Below are positions 10,051 to 19,478 of a stretch of DNA of 41,687 bases, in pieces (positions within the stretch are counted from its first letter, which is position 1; the number at the start of each line of letters is the position of its first letter). This DNA comes from a bacterium. Lineage in GTDB: Bacteria; Krumholzibacteriota; Krumholzibacteriia; G020349025. The stretch spans positions 1-41,687 of the forward strand of contig JANLSU010000076.1 in assembly GCA_031362565.1 (NCBI GenBank), written 5' to 3'. A program made the translations under genes and the position numbers. The notes under the pieces are model-generated. The model did no database searches. It saw only the letters and a program-made list of their open reading frames with translations, and was not told where the DNA came from.

Positions 10051-11352
10051 ATGTTGAAGAAGTTCAGCGCCATGTTCGAGATCCAGGAGCTCAAGCAGCG
10101 AATTCTATTCACTGTGATGCTCCTGGTTGTCTATCGGATCGGCAGCCATATCACGACGCCAGGCGTCAACGTCGCCGCACTCGCGGAATACTTCCAGCGT
10201 GGCTCGGGTGGCGTGCTTGGCTTGTACGACTTCTTCTCCGGCGGCAACCTGTCGAACGCGACGATTTTTGCGCTCGGCATCATGCCCTACATCAGTGCGT
10301 CGATCATTCTGCAGCTCATGCAGCCGGTGGTGCCGTACCTCGAACGCCTGTCGAAGGAAGGCGAGGAAGGCCGTCGCAAGATCAACCAGTTCACGCGCTA
10401 CGGCACGGTGGGGCTGGCGTTCGTGCAGGCCTTCTTCATCGGTGCCTTCTTGGAGTCGCTGGGCTTCGCCGCCGATCCTGGTTTCTCGTTCCGGCTGATC
10501 ACCATGGTGACGATGACGGCGGGTACCGTGTTCGTCATGTGGCTCGGCGAGCAGATCACCGAACGTGGCATCGGCAACGGAATTTCACTGATCATCTTCA
10601 TCGGCATCGTCGCCCGCTATCCGCGCGACATCGCCAACACGATCAGTGCGGTGTTCGTCAACAACACGCTGAATATTTTCCTGGCGGCCTTCCTGCTGGC
10701 CGTCATGGTTGCGGTCGTGGCACTCACGGTGCTCATCACGCAGGGCCAGCGCCGCATTCCGGTGCAGTACGCGCGGCGCGTCATCGGCCGCAAGATGATG
10801 GGCGGCCGGACGACGCACCTGCCGCTCCGCATCAACACCGCCGGCGTGATCCCGATCATCTTCGCGCAGTCGGTCATCATGATTCCGGCGTCGCTGGCGA
10901 CGTTCCGGCAAGATAGCGAGTTCGCCCAGAGCCTGGCCTTCATGCTGCGGCCGGGCGGCCCCATCTACATCACGCTGTATACCCTCATCATCATTTTCTT
11001 CTCCTATTTCTATACGGCCGTCGTGTTCAACCCGATGGACGTGGCCGAGTCGATGCGCAAGAACGGCGGGTTCATCCCGGGCATCCGGCCGGGGAAGAAG
11101 ACCGCCGAATTTATCGACAAGGTGCTGAGCCGGATCACGCTGCCGGGTGCCATCTACCTGTCCTTCATCGCGATTTTGCCGGACCTGCTGATTCGCCGCG
11201 CCGGTGTGCCGTTCTACTTTGGCGGTACCGGACTGCTGATTGTCGTCGGCGTCGCGCTCGATACTCTCCAGCAGATCGAGTCGCACCTGCTGATGCGGCA
11301 TTACGACGGGTTCCTGAAAAAAGGCCGGTTGCGAGGTCGAAGCGGTTATTGA
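10051..11352 (+). CDS. secY: Preprotein translocase subunit SecY
   Basis: IFALGIMPYISASII...WLGEQITERGIGNGISLIIF...IPGIRPG; multiple TM segments. Confidence 0.99.
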   Translation: MLKKFSAMFEIQELKQRILFTVMLLVVYRIGSHITTPGVNVAALAEYFQRGSGGVLGLYDFFSGGNLSNATIFALGIMPYISASIILQLMQPVVPYLERLSKEGEEGRRKINQFTRYGTVGLAFVQAFFIGAFLESLGFAADPGFSFRLITMVTMTAGTVFVMWLGEQITERGIGNGISLIIFIGIVARYPRDIANTISAVFVNNTLNIFLAAFLLAVMVAVVALTVLITQGQRRIPVQYARRVIGRKMMGGRTTHLPLRINTAGVIPIIFAQSVIMIPASLATFRQDSEFAQSLAFMLRPGGPIYITLYTLIIIFFSYFYTAVVFNPMDVAESMRKNGGFIPGIRPGKKTAEFIDKVLSRITLPGAIYLSFIAILPDLLIRRAGVPFYFGGTGLLIVVGVALDTLQQIESHLLMRHYDGFLKKGRLRGRSGY

Positions 11353-11412
11353 TCGAGGCGCGGCAACTCGAGGTAGCGGCGCGGGGCCTCACGACCGGAG
11401 GTGCGGGTTCGG

Positions 11413-12057
11413 ATGCGCATCATGCTGCTGGGAGCGCCGGGGTCCGGCAAGGGGACTCAGGCGGCGTTGCTCAAGGAGAGGTACGGGATCGCGCACATCT
11501 CCACGGGCGACATCCTGAGATCTGAGGTCGCGCGGGGCACGGACCTGGGGCATAAGGCCGAGCCGTTCGTGAAGCAGGGCAAGCTCGTCCCGGACGACGT
11601 CATGTTGGGGATGATCGAGGCCCGGCTCGCCGAGCCGGATGCGATGCGCGGTTGGCTCTTGGACGGTTTCCCGCGCACCCTGGTTCAGGTGCACGGGCTG
11701 GTCGACGTGACGGAGCGGATCGGGCAGAAAATCGACGTCGGAATCATCCTGCACGTGGCGCCCGAAATCGTCGTCCGGAGGCTCTCGGGCCGGCGCAACT
11801 GCGCGAACTGCAAGGCAGTTACAAATGTGGGCGACGCGGCCGCCGGTGGCGTGTGCGCCAAGTGTGGCGGCCCCCTGGTGCTGCGCGACGATGACGAGCC
11901 CGAGACGGTCCGGAACCGGATCCAGGTGTTCGGGCGGGAGACGCAGCCGGTGTTCGAACTGCTTCGCGGCCGCTACGATGTGATCGACATCGATGCGGCA
12001 CAAGGGCAGGAGCAGGTTGCGGACGCGATTTGGAAGGCGCTGAGCAAGTACGCATGA
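11413..12057 (+). CDS. adk: Adenylate kinase (Cys4 zinc-type LID)
   Basis: GAPGSGKGT P-loop, HISTGDILR, LDGFPRT, CANC..CAKC. Confidence 0.97.
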   Translation: MRIMLLGAPGSGKGTQAALLKERYGIAHISTGDILRSEVARGTDLGHKAEPFVKQGKLVPDDVMLGMIEARLAEPDAMRGWLLDGFPRTLVQVHGLVDVTERIGQKIDVGIILHVAPEIVVRRLSGRRNCANCKAVTNVGDAAAGGVCAKCGGPLVLRDDDEPETVRNRIQVFGRETQPVFELLRGRYDVIDIDAAQGQEQVADAIWKALSKYA

Positions 12058-12833
12058 TCATCCTGAAGTCGCCGCCGGAAATCGATTTGATGCGCGAGGC
12101 CGGCCGGGTGGTCTACGGGTGTCTGGAACTCGGGCGTGAGATGATCAAGCCCGGAGTGCGCCCGGTGGAAGTCGACCGCGCCTGCGAGGACTACATTCGT
12201 TCCCAGGGCGCGACGCCGTCGTTCAAGGGCTACCTGGGCTACACCGCGACGACGTGTATCTCGGTGAACGAGGAAGTCGTGCACGGGATTCCCGGCAGCC
12301 GGCCCTTCCAGGAGGGCGACATCGTCGGGCTGGATGTGGGAGCGATCTGGCGGCGGTATCATGCGGATGCGGCCCGGACGTTCGCGGTGGGCGAGGTCTC
12401 CCCGGATGCGAGGCGCTTGCTGACGGTGACCCGGGAGTCGCTGGAGAAGGGTATCGAGCAGGCTCGAGTCGGGAATCGCTTGAGCGATATCTCGCATGCG
12501 GTCCAGGTGCACGCGGAAGCCGCCGGCTTCTCGGTCGTGCGCAATCTCGTCGGGCACGGCATCGGAACCGACCTGCACGAGAAGCCGCAGGTGCCGAATT
12601 ACGGGCCGCCCGGAATGGGGCCGCGTTTGAAAGTAGGGATGGTGCTCGCGCTCGAGCCCATGGTGAACATCGGTACGGCGGACGTGTACACGAAGTCCGA
12701 CCGGTGGACGATCGTTACTGCCGATGGCAACCTATCGGCGCACTACGAGCAGACGGTCGCCATCACCGAAGCGGGGCCGGAAGTGTTGACAGGTCTGCTG
12801 CACACCGGCCTCCACGGAGGTGTGGGTGTCTAA
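12054..12833 (+). CDS. map: Type I methionine aminopeptidase
   Basis: [31 protein letters not shown]. Confidence 0.97.
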   Translation: MIILKSPPEIDLMREAGRVVYGCLELGREMIKPGVRPVEVDRACEDYIRSQGATPSFKGYLGYTATTCISVNEEVVHGIPGSRPFQEGDIVGLDVGAIWRRYHADAARTFAVGEVSPDARRLLTVTRESLEKGIEQARVGNRLSDISHAVQVHAEAAGFSVVRNLVGHGIGTDLHEKPQVPNYGPPGMGPRLKVGMVLALEPMVNIGTADVYTKSDRWTIVTADGNLSAHYEQTVAITEAGPEVLTGLLHTGLHGGVGV

Positions 12834-13044
12834 GCAAGAGGGCGTGTCGGTCGAAGGTACGGTCGTCGAGGCGCTGCCGAACGCCATGTTTCGCGTCGAG
12901 TTGGAGAACAAGCACACGGTTCTGGCGCACATTTCGGGCAAGATGCGGATGCACTTCATCAAGATCTTGCCGGGCGACAAAGTGACGCTGGAACTGTCGC
13001 CGTACGACTTGAGCCGGGGCAGGATCACGTACCGGTACAAGTGA
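12826..13044 (+). CDS. infA: Translation initiation factor IF-1
   Basis: [14 protein letters not shown]...[26 protein letters not shown] before GTG 12826. Confidence 0.98.
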   Translation: MSKQEGVSVEGTVVEALPNAMFRVELENKHTVLAHISGKMRMHFIKILPGDKVTLELSPYDLSRGRITYRYK

Positions 13045-13065
13045 GAGTGAGAGAGGAAGATCAAG

Positions 13066-13179
13066 ATGAAGGTCCGGACTTCGGTCAAGAAGCTGTGCGA
13101 AAAATGCAAAATCGTGCGCCGCAATCGTGTGCTGCGGGTCATTTGTGAGAACCCGCGCCACAAGCAGCGCCAGGGCTGA
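13066..13179 (+). CDS. rpmJ: 50S ribosomal protein L36 (zinc-binding form; too short for the ORF track)
   Basis: Manual translation [37 protein letters not shown]. Confidence 0.98.
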   Translation: MKVRTSVKKLCEKCKIVRRNRVLRVICENPRHKQRQG

Positions 13180-13242
13180 TCTGTTCGCAAGGCGCGCCGC
13201 TTCGAGCGCCAGCGCCGATTCGGGTACGTAAGGAGGAGAGTC

Positions 13243-13635
13243 TTGCCTCGTATCGCTGGTGTCGATCTGCCGAACGAAAAACGGCTCGAGATCGCACTCA
13301 CTTATATTTACGGAATCGGGCCGGTTACGGCCCGAAGGATCCTCAAGAAAACGGGGATCAACACCGACGTTCGCGCCAAGAACCTGAGCGAAGCCGATAC
13401 CGGCAAGCTGCGCCAAGTGATCGAGAACGAATACAAGGTCGAGGGCGCGCTCCGAGGCGAGGTCGCGATGGCCGTCAAGCGGCTCATGGATATCGGTTCG
13501 TATCGCGGCCTGCGGCACCGCAAGGGGCTGCCGGTTCGCGGCCAGCGTACGCGCACGAACTCGCGGACGCGCAAAGGTCCGAAGCGCCGCCCGCAGGCGG
13601 TCAAAAAGGTCGCAAGCCCGACGGGCAAGAACTAG
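13243..13635 (+). CDS. rpsM: 30S ribosomal protein S13
   Basis: [10 protein letters not shown]...IYGIG...[17 protein letters not shown]. Confidence 0.98.
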   Translation: MPRIAGVDLPNEKRLEIALTYIYGIGPVTARRILKKTGINTDVRAKNLSEADTGKLRQVIENEYKVEGALRGEVAMAVKRLMDIGSYRGLRHRKGLPVRGQRTRTNSRTRKGPKRRPQAVKKVASPTGKN

Positions 13636-13701
13636 TCGCGCTTCTAGTGCGGTGACGGCGTGTTTGCGCCCGCACCGTACAGCGCATCCGGAGGTTACGT
13701 C

Positions 13702-14106
13702 TTGGCGGAAGTCATCAAGAAGAAGAAGGTCAAGGCCCGCAAGAAAGAGAAGAGGGTCATTCCCATTCGCGGCATCGCGCATGTGAAATCGACCTTCAAC
13801 AACACGATCGTCAGCATCACCGACCAGAACGGCCAGGTCGTGGGCTGGGCGAGTTCCGGCAAGATGGGCTACAAGGGCTCGCGCAAGGGCACGCCGTTCG
13901 CGGCGCAGCTTGCAGCCGAAGCGGCGGCGCGCGACGTTCTGACGCAGGGAATGAAGAAAGTCGAAGTCTGGGTCAAGGGCCCGGGCTCGGGGCGCGAGGC
14001 GGCGATCCGCAGCTTGCAAGCTGCGGGGCTCGAGGTGACGGGCATCAAGGATGTCACCCTCACGCCTCACAATGGATGCCGGCCGCCCAAGCGGCGTCGC
14101 GTCTGA
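13702..14106 (+). CDS. rpsK: 30S ribosomal protein S11
   Basis: TTG start after [13 protein letters not shown]...KGPGSGRE...[13 protein letters not shown]. Confidence 0.97.
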   Translation: MAEVIKKKKVKARKKEKRVIPIRGIAHVKSTFNNTIVSITDQNGQVVGWASSGKMGYKGSRKGTPFAAQLAAEAAARDVLTQGMKKVEVWVKGPGSGREAAIRSLQAAGLEVTGIKDVTLTPHNGCRPPKRRRV

Positions 14107-14121
14107 AGGAGGTTCGAACGT

Positions 14122-14751
14122 ATGGCCAGGTATCGCGATGCAGTTTGTAAGCTGTGCCGCCGTGAAGGAACCAAGCTCTTCTTGAAGGGCGATCGCTGCT
14201 TCACCGAGAAGTGTGCAGTGGAGAAGCGTGCCTATCCGCCGGGCGAACATGCCCAGGGGCGGCGCGGCAAGCTGTCGGAGTACGGCTCGCAGTTGCGCGA
14301 AAAGCAGAAGCTGCGCCGCATCTACGGCGTGCTCGAGCGTCAATTCGCCGTGTACTTCGACCGCGCGACCCGCACGCAGGGCATCACGGGTGAGGTGCTC
14401 CTGCAGTTGCTCGAGCGCCGCCTGGACAACATCCTCTATCGCATGGGTTTTGCGCCGTCGCGCCCGGCGGCACGCCAGTTGGTGCGCCACGGTCACATTC
14501 GGGTGAACGGCCGCAAGGTCAACATCCCGAGCTATCGTTTGCGGGCCGGCGACAAGATCACGATCAAGGAATCGACGACGCAGTTGCCGGTGGTGCAGGA
14601 AGCGCTCAAGGGTGCGGACATGCGTCCGAAGGTGCCCTACCTGGACGTCGACCGCAACCGCTGCGAAGGCACGTTCCTGAGTATCCCGGCGCGCGCCGAT
14701 ATTCCGACGCCGATCGAAGAGCAGTTGATCGTCGAGTTGTACTCGAAGTAA
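14122..14751 (+). CDS. rpsD: 30S ribosomal protein S4
   Basis: MARY...CKLCRREG...LREKQKL...LERRLDN...IVELYSK. Confidence 0.98.
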   Translation: MARYRDAVCKLCRREGTKLFLKGDRCFTEKCAVEKRAYPPGEHAQGRRGKLSEYGSQLREKQKLRRIYGVLERQFAVYFDRATRTQGITGEVLLQLLERRLDNILYRMGFAPSRPAARQLVRHGHIRVNGRKVNIPSYRLRAGDKITIKESTTQLPVVQEALKGADMRPKVPYLDVDRNRCEGTFLSIPARADIPTPIEEQLIVELYSK

Positions 14752-14949
14752 TTCGAGTCTTTGGATGCGCCGCCCGCGGGCGGCCCCCCGCAACGGTGCC
14801 CCACTGGGGCGCGGCGCGGTGGTTCTGGGCCAGCCGAAAATGCACGAACCGCGGGGATGGGCGCGGCTCGAGGAAGCACCGGCCGGTCGAAATCGAGGCC
14901 CCCGCCGAGCCAGGCGGAGCGACCCGTTTCAATTTTGGAGGACGGACCG

Positions 14950-15954
14950 ATGAAGTGGAAAAATGTACTCATGCCGCGCGGGATCGAGCTCGACGGCAGT
15001 GTGTCGAACTCGTCGTACGGGCGCTTCGTGATCGAGCCGCTGGAACGCGGCTTCGGTACGACGCTCGGTAACGCGTTGCGGCGCACGTTGCTGTCGCTGT
15101 TGCAGGGCGCGGCCGTCACGGCCGTCAAGATCGACGGGGTGCTGCACGAGATGAGCACGATCCCCGGCGTGGTCGAGGACGTCACCGACGTCATCCTGAA
15201 CGTCAAGCAGATCGTGGTGCGGCACCTGGGTGATGACACCAAGTGGATGCGCGTCGAGAAGGAAGGCCCGGGCGCGGTGACGGCTGGCGATATCACGGCC
15301 GATCCGGAACTCGAGATCATGAACCCCGATCTGCACCTGATGACGCTCGACGAGAACGCCAAGGTCCGGATGGAGCTCCTGGTTGGCATCGGCCGCAGCT
15401 ACGTGCAGGCCGAGTCGCACACCTTCGAGCAGGATACGATCGGCGTCATTCCGGTCGATTCCATTTTCGGACCCGTCCGCCGTGTGAACTACACAGTCGA
15501 GAACACGCGCGTCGGCCAGCGCACCGACTATGACCGGTTGGTGCTCGAAATCTGGACGAACGGCGCCACCGAGCCGATCGACTCCTTGGGCTATGCGGCC
15601 AAGATCCTCAAGGATCACATGCAGCTCTTCATCCACTTCGACGAAGAGCAGCTGCAGGAGTCGCGCGAAGAGCACAACGAAGAGAAGCAGCGTATGCACG
15701 ACCTGCTCGCACGCAGCGTCGACGAGCTGGAACTCTCGGTGCGCTCCAATAACTGCCTGAAGATGGCCAACATCAAGACGCTCGGTGACTTGGTGCGGCG
15801 CAACGAGGCCGAGATGCTCAAGTACAAGAACTTCGGACGTAAGAGCCTGCGCGAGATCGCCGAGATTTTGGAAGGCATGAACTTGCACTTCGGCATGGAC
15901 GTCGGGCCGTATTTGCAGGAGACCGAAGACAAGATCCCGACGATGGAGGGCTGA
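14950..15954 (+). CDS. rpoA: RNA polymerase subunit alpha
   Basis: [17 protein letters not shown]...[11 protein letters not shown]...NFGRKSL; GGAGG RBS before ATG 14950. Confidence 0.98.
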   Translation: MKWKNVLMPRGIELDGSVSNSSYGRFVIEPLERGFGTTLGNALRRTLLSLLQGAAVTAVKIDGVLHEMSTIPGVVEDVTDVILNVKQIVVRHLGDDTKWMRVEKEGPGAVTAGDITADPELEIMNPDLHLMTLDENAKVRMELLVGIGRSYVQAESHTFEQDTIGVIPVDSIFGPVRRVNYTVENTRVGQRTDYDRLVLEIWTNGATEPIDSLGYAAKILKDHMQLFIHFDEEQLQESREEHNEEKQRMHDLLARSVDELELSVRSNNCLKMANIKTLGDLVRRNEAEMLKYKNFGRKSLREIAEILEGMNLHFGMDVGPYLQETEDKIPTMEG

Positions 15955-15961
15955 GTCCGTC

Positions 15962-16486
15962 ATGCGACACCAGAACGGGATTGCGAAGCTCGGCAAGACG
16001 ACGTCGCACCGCCGCGCGATGCTGCGCAACATGGTGACGTCTCTGTTCATGCACGAGCGAATCACGACCACGGCCCCCAAGGCGCGTGAAGCGAAACGCT
16101 GGGCCGAGCGCATGATCACGTTCGGGAAGCGTGGCGATTTGCATGCCCGGCGCCAAGCGGCGACGTTCGTTAACGACGAGACCGTCTTGAAGAAGCTGTT
16201 CGACGAGATCGCACCGGCTTTCAAGGACCGTCCGGGCGGCTACACACGCATGATGCGGACCGGTGTCCGTAAGGGCGACGTGGCCGAGATGGCGATCTTG
16301 GAACTGGTGACGAAGTCGCCGGCGCGCAAGAAGACCATCAACCACAAGACGCGTGAGCGCCTTGCGGCCTTCAAGCCGGGCGAGAAGCGCACCAAGAAGA
16401 CGCCGACGAAGAAGGCGGCAAAGGGCGCGAAGGGTGGGACGGGCGCCAAGCCCGTGACCGCCGAAGGTGACGCCGCGACCGCCTGA
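15962..16486 (+). CDS. rplQ: 50S ribosomal protein L17 with basic C-terminal tail
   Basis: MRHQ...[10 protein letters not shown]...RPGGYTR. Confidence 0.97.
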   Translation: MRHQNGIAKLGKTTSHRRAMLRNMVTSLFMHERITTTAPKAREAKRWAERMITFGKRGDLHARRQAATFVNDETVLKKLFDEIAPAFKDRPGGYTRMMRTGVRKGDVAEMAILELVTKSPARKKTINHKTRERLAAFKPGEKRTKKTPTKKAAKGAKGGTGAKPVTAEGDAATA

Positions 16487-16512
16487 GCCAGGCTGCAAAC
16501 GCTTCGAAGATG

Positions 16513-16541
16513 AACGGGCGGCGGCAACGCTGCCCGTTTTT
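16513..16541 (+). terminator. Intrinsic terminator closing the ribosomal protein superoperon
   Basis: Stem aacgggcggcg - gcaa loop - cgctgcccgtt running into a T tract. Confidence 0.8.
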
Positions 16542-16608
16542 CGTTGCCGCCGGTTCGCGCAATGGTGTCCGATGTGCGGGCCCCTTTGTGGGTGGAAAGG
16601 AGCCAGGC

Positions 16609-17508
16609 ATGTCGTTTCGCGAGCGGCTGCAGCGGCTGCCGGTGCTCGGGATTGGCGTTTCGACCGAGTATGGCGCCGGCGACGCACCCCACGCCCTGGA
16701 CCCACTGGCGCTGCGCGCCACGCATCCCCGTTTTGCCGCGTTTCTTGAGATCGGCATCGAGACCGAAAAGGGCCTCGACGCCCACGCGCGGGTCTGGGCG
16801 GCGGACGGCGGGCCGACGACCTATCACTTCCTGGACGTCAACCTGGACGACCCGGAGGACTTCGACCCCGATTGGCTGAACGACGTTCGCGACTACGCCG
16901 CGGTCATTCGTCCCGCCTGGCTCTGCGGTGATGCCGGTCTGTGGCATTTCGGCAAACGCGAGCGCGGCCACATGCTGCTCCTGCCACCGGTGCTCAACGA
17001 CGATGCCGCGACCGCCATGGCGGACGGCATTCGGGCCCTGCGCGATGCGACCGGCTTCGAAGTCTTCCCAGAAAACCCACCGGGCCAAGTGTTTATCGGT
17101 GACTTGCACCTCCTCGAATTCTTCGCCCGCGTCTGCGACCGTGCCGACACCGGCATGCTCCTCGATTGCGCCCATCTGGGCATCTATCAGCGCATGACCG
17201 GCCACACCCCCCTGGACGGGCTCGCCGATTTCCCCTGCGAGCGCATCGTCGAGATGCACGTTGCCGGCGGCACGGTGCGCCAACACGACGAATTCGAGTT
17301 CGTCGAGGACGACCACCACACGCGGGTTCTGCCGCCGACGTGGGAGATCTTCGAAGCCGCCGCGGCCCGCGCCACGCACCTCAAGGCGGTCGTGTTCGAA
17401 TGCGAGCGCAACGCGAGCGAACGCGTCGTGCCCGGATTCGAGCGCATTGCCGCCGTTCTAGACGGCGCCGGCCGCACCGACGTCGCCGGCACCGGCGTGG
17501 GGCGGTGA
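16609..17508 (+). CDS. DUF692 family multinuclear non-heme iron oxidative enzyme (MNIO; MbnB/TglH/ChrH-like), divergent
   Basis: Motifs in family order: YH, PAWLCGD, LLPP, ENPP, LLDCAH, EMHVAGG, DDH, VFECE; about 300 aa; AAGGAG RBS. Confidence 0.85.
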   Translation: MSFRERLQRLPVLGIGVSTEYGAGDAPHALDPLALRATHPRFAAFLEIGIETEKGLDAHARVWAADGGPTTYHFLDVNLDDPEDFDPDWLNDVRDYAAVIRPAWLCGDAGLWHFGKRERGHMLLLPPVLNDDAATAMADGIRALRDATGFEVFPENPPGQVFIGDLHLLEFFARVCDRADTGMLLDCAHLGIYQRMTGHTPLDGLADFPCERIVEMHVAGGTVRQHDEFEFVEDDHHTRVLPPTWEIFEAAAARATHLKAVVFECERNASERVVPGFERIAAVLDGAGRTDVAGTGVGR

Positions 17509-18467
17509 CATTGGCTCACCTCGCCCTACAGCGTGTCGTCGTGCGGATGCTCTATGACGCCGCGTTCCGGCAAGCGGTCTACGAGGCCCCATACGCCGCC
17601 TTGGCCGGCGTCGACCTGACCCCCGAAGAGCGCGCCGCGGTCGTCCGCCCCGACCCCCGCGCCTTCGCCACCGATCCCTATCGCCGCCCCCGAGCCCTCC
17701 GGAGCCTGCTGGAGGAGTACCCGGTCTCCGCCTGGCTCGCCGCCACGGCCACCGGCGATGTGCGCACGCTCGATGCGTTCTTTTCGTCCGCCTTCTTTCA
17801 CGACTGTATTCAGCAGCGCGGTTCGCTGGCGCATGCCTTCGGCATCTACCTGGAGCGCGGCGCGCGCTCAGGGGAAATCCAAGATCCACGCGTCTCGTGG
17901 ACCGCCGTCCTCGAAGGCGCGATCGCCGCCCTGCGGCGCCGCCGTCTCAATCCACGACGACAATTAGACGCCACGCCGCTGGACGCTGCCGCGCGCCTGT
18001 CGGATACCGTCGACACCTCCGCCAAAATCGAACTGTCAGCGCGCCACGCGCTCGTCACCGTCGCGGGCGGCACCGCGCATCTGTTTCAACAAGCACGCCT
18101 TCACCTGGCGAACCGCGGCCGCGACATTGTCCAGGCCTTACTCGCCACGGATGCCGCGCCGGCACCCGCCGGGCTCGCCCATTTCCGGATCGACGAGACC
18201 GAGCCCGAGACACTGCTCCTCGAACGCCTGCCTGGTACCGGCAGCGAAGTCACCGTCGAAGCTCCAAACCCTGGACTCGCCGCCCTTCTCGCGCTTGCCG
18301 TCGCCGGCACCTCGCTGCAGGCGCTCTATGACGAAGCAACAAAACACGACGCAACGCCCGAAGAAGCCCCCGACATCGTCGCCGATCTCGTCCTCGACGG
18401 CCTCCTCGTCCTGTCGCCGCCCGAAGACGTGTCCTCCGTCGATTCACCCTCGGCCGCCGAGGACTGA
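17505..18467 (+). CDS. Putative MNIO partner protein (DUF2063/RRE-like role) with an N-terminal leader-like helical motif
   Basis: GTGA overlap with the MNIO stop; N-terminus RMLYDAAFRQAVYEAP..ALAGVDLTPEERA; middle LLEEYPVS...FF.S..F; C-terminal winged-helix-like ..IVADLVLDGLL. Confidence 0.65.
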   Translation: MTLAHLALQRVVVRMLYDAAFRQAVYEAPYAALAGVDLTPEERAAVVRPDPRAFATDPYRRPRALRSLLEEYPVSAWLAATATGDVRTLDAFFSSAFFHDCIQQRGSLAHAFGIYLERGARSGEIQDPRVSWTAVLEGAIAALRRRRLNPRRQLDATPLDAAARLSDTVDTSAKIELSARHALVTVAGGTAHLFQQARLHLANRGRDIVQALLATDAAPAPAGLAHFRIDETEPETLLLERLPGTGSEVTVEAPNPGLAALLALAVAGTSLQALYDEATKHDATPEEAPDIVADLVLDGLLVLSPPEDVSSVDSPSAAED

Positions 18468-18534
18468 CACTCGACCTCGAATTGTGTTCGCTCCCACCTC
18501 ATCCATCCTGCCGCGACCGGCGCAGTGGCTCGGC

Positions 18535-18665
18535 TTGGAAAACGTTTGCGCTGCAGCCGTGGGTCGCGACATTGGAAAACGTTTGCGCTGGAGCTGTGGG
18601 TCGCGACCTTGGAAAACGTTTGCGCTGCAGCCGTGGGTCGCGACCCTTGGAAAACGTCTGCGCTG
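18535..18665. repeat. 37-bp tandem repeat, about 3.5 copies
   Basis: Unit ttggaaaacgtttgcgctg(c/g)agc(c/t)gtgggtcgcgac(a/c) starting at 18535, 18572, 18609 and (partial) 18647. Confidence 0.95.
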
Positions 18666-18982
18666 GGGCGACGTTCGTGCGACGGAATACGTCGGGACAG
18701 TTCTCCTCGGGCCTGGTGCCGCTGCGCGTGACGGCGCAGGTCATCGCTAAGATGGCAAAACGCGGGCCATGAGCGCGCGCGCCGGAAGTGCCTCTGCGGG
18801 GCTTGATTCCTCGGAATAAACGTGTGCCGATCGTCAACCGGAGTGGTGGAGACCTGTCACTCGAGTTGACACTGGCACCGAGAACGCCGTCGATCTGCAC
18901 TCGCGATCCGAGCCGATCGCTGATGCCGACACAGGGATTACTGCGCGCTTCGCGATCATGATGTCCCGGCGACCGCGCGACT

Positions 18983-19000
18983 TTGTGAAATTCGTCACAA
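18983..19000. promoter_or_regulatory. CRP/FNR- or Rex-like palindromic operator
   Basis: TTGTGA-aattcg-TCACAA: exact TGTGA-N6-TCACA, one mismatch from TTGTGAA-N4-TTCACAA. Confidence 0.5.
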
Positions 19001-19478
19001 CTAGTTCTGGACCGAGTGCTCGCAAGATAACAAGGCCCCCGGAACGAGCGCTCGTAAGTAATGTTACGAGTGACGAACCCATGCGAACCGCCTGGTGACG
19101 CGGACGGTGCCGGGTGGAGGCGTGGTTCGCGACGCCGTCGTGCTGACGATCCTGCGGCGATTCGATGCGCGCTTCAATCCCGCTGGCGACTTCGCCCGCG
19201 GCGACGGCACCTCGGCGCGATGCAGCCTCAACGTGCTGTCAAACAGCACACCGGCGCTCGATGGCGCCGATGGGATGCGGTCGGAAGAGACACCGCAAGA
19301 GGCGGGCCACGACGGGTGGTCGCGAAAAAGTGGCTCCGGCGCTGGGGTTTTCAAAATGGCCGTGCCGACGTTCGTCAACTGGAGACACGTCGGACTGTCA
19401 ATAAAGTTGACGGGCCCCCGGGCTTCGTCGTGTGAGCCGCGGCGAGCCGGTCTGACCGGCAAGGGATAAAAGCCCCCC

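Noticed and set aside
14761..14949. N-terminal extension of RpoA from the ORF track
   Set aside because: A strong RBS and the conserved start are at 14950; upstream translation is low-complexity
18535..18665. CRISPR array
   Set aside because: Units are directly adjacent with no unique spacers, and there are no cas genes in the window
18833..18870. IscB/HEARO omega-RNA start suggested by GTCAAC...GTTGAC
   Set aside because: No IscB, TnpB or HNH gene nearby, and the remaining conserved stems are not evident
18958..19098. 46-aa ORF MMSRRPRDFVKF... as a Tat-like or precursor peptide
   Set aside because: No RBS, no hydrophobic region, no Cys; overlaps the operator-like palindromes
19061..19469. 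ORFs 19061-19435 and 19095-19469 as real genes
   Set aside because: No motifs, no well-spaced RBS, mutually overlapping frames
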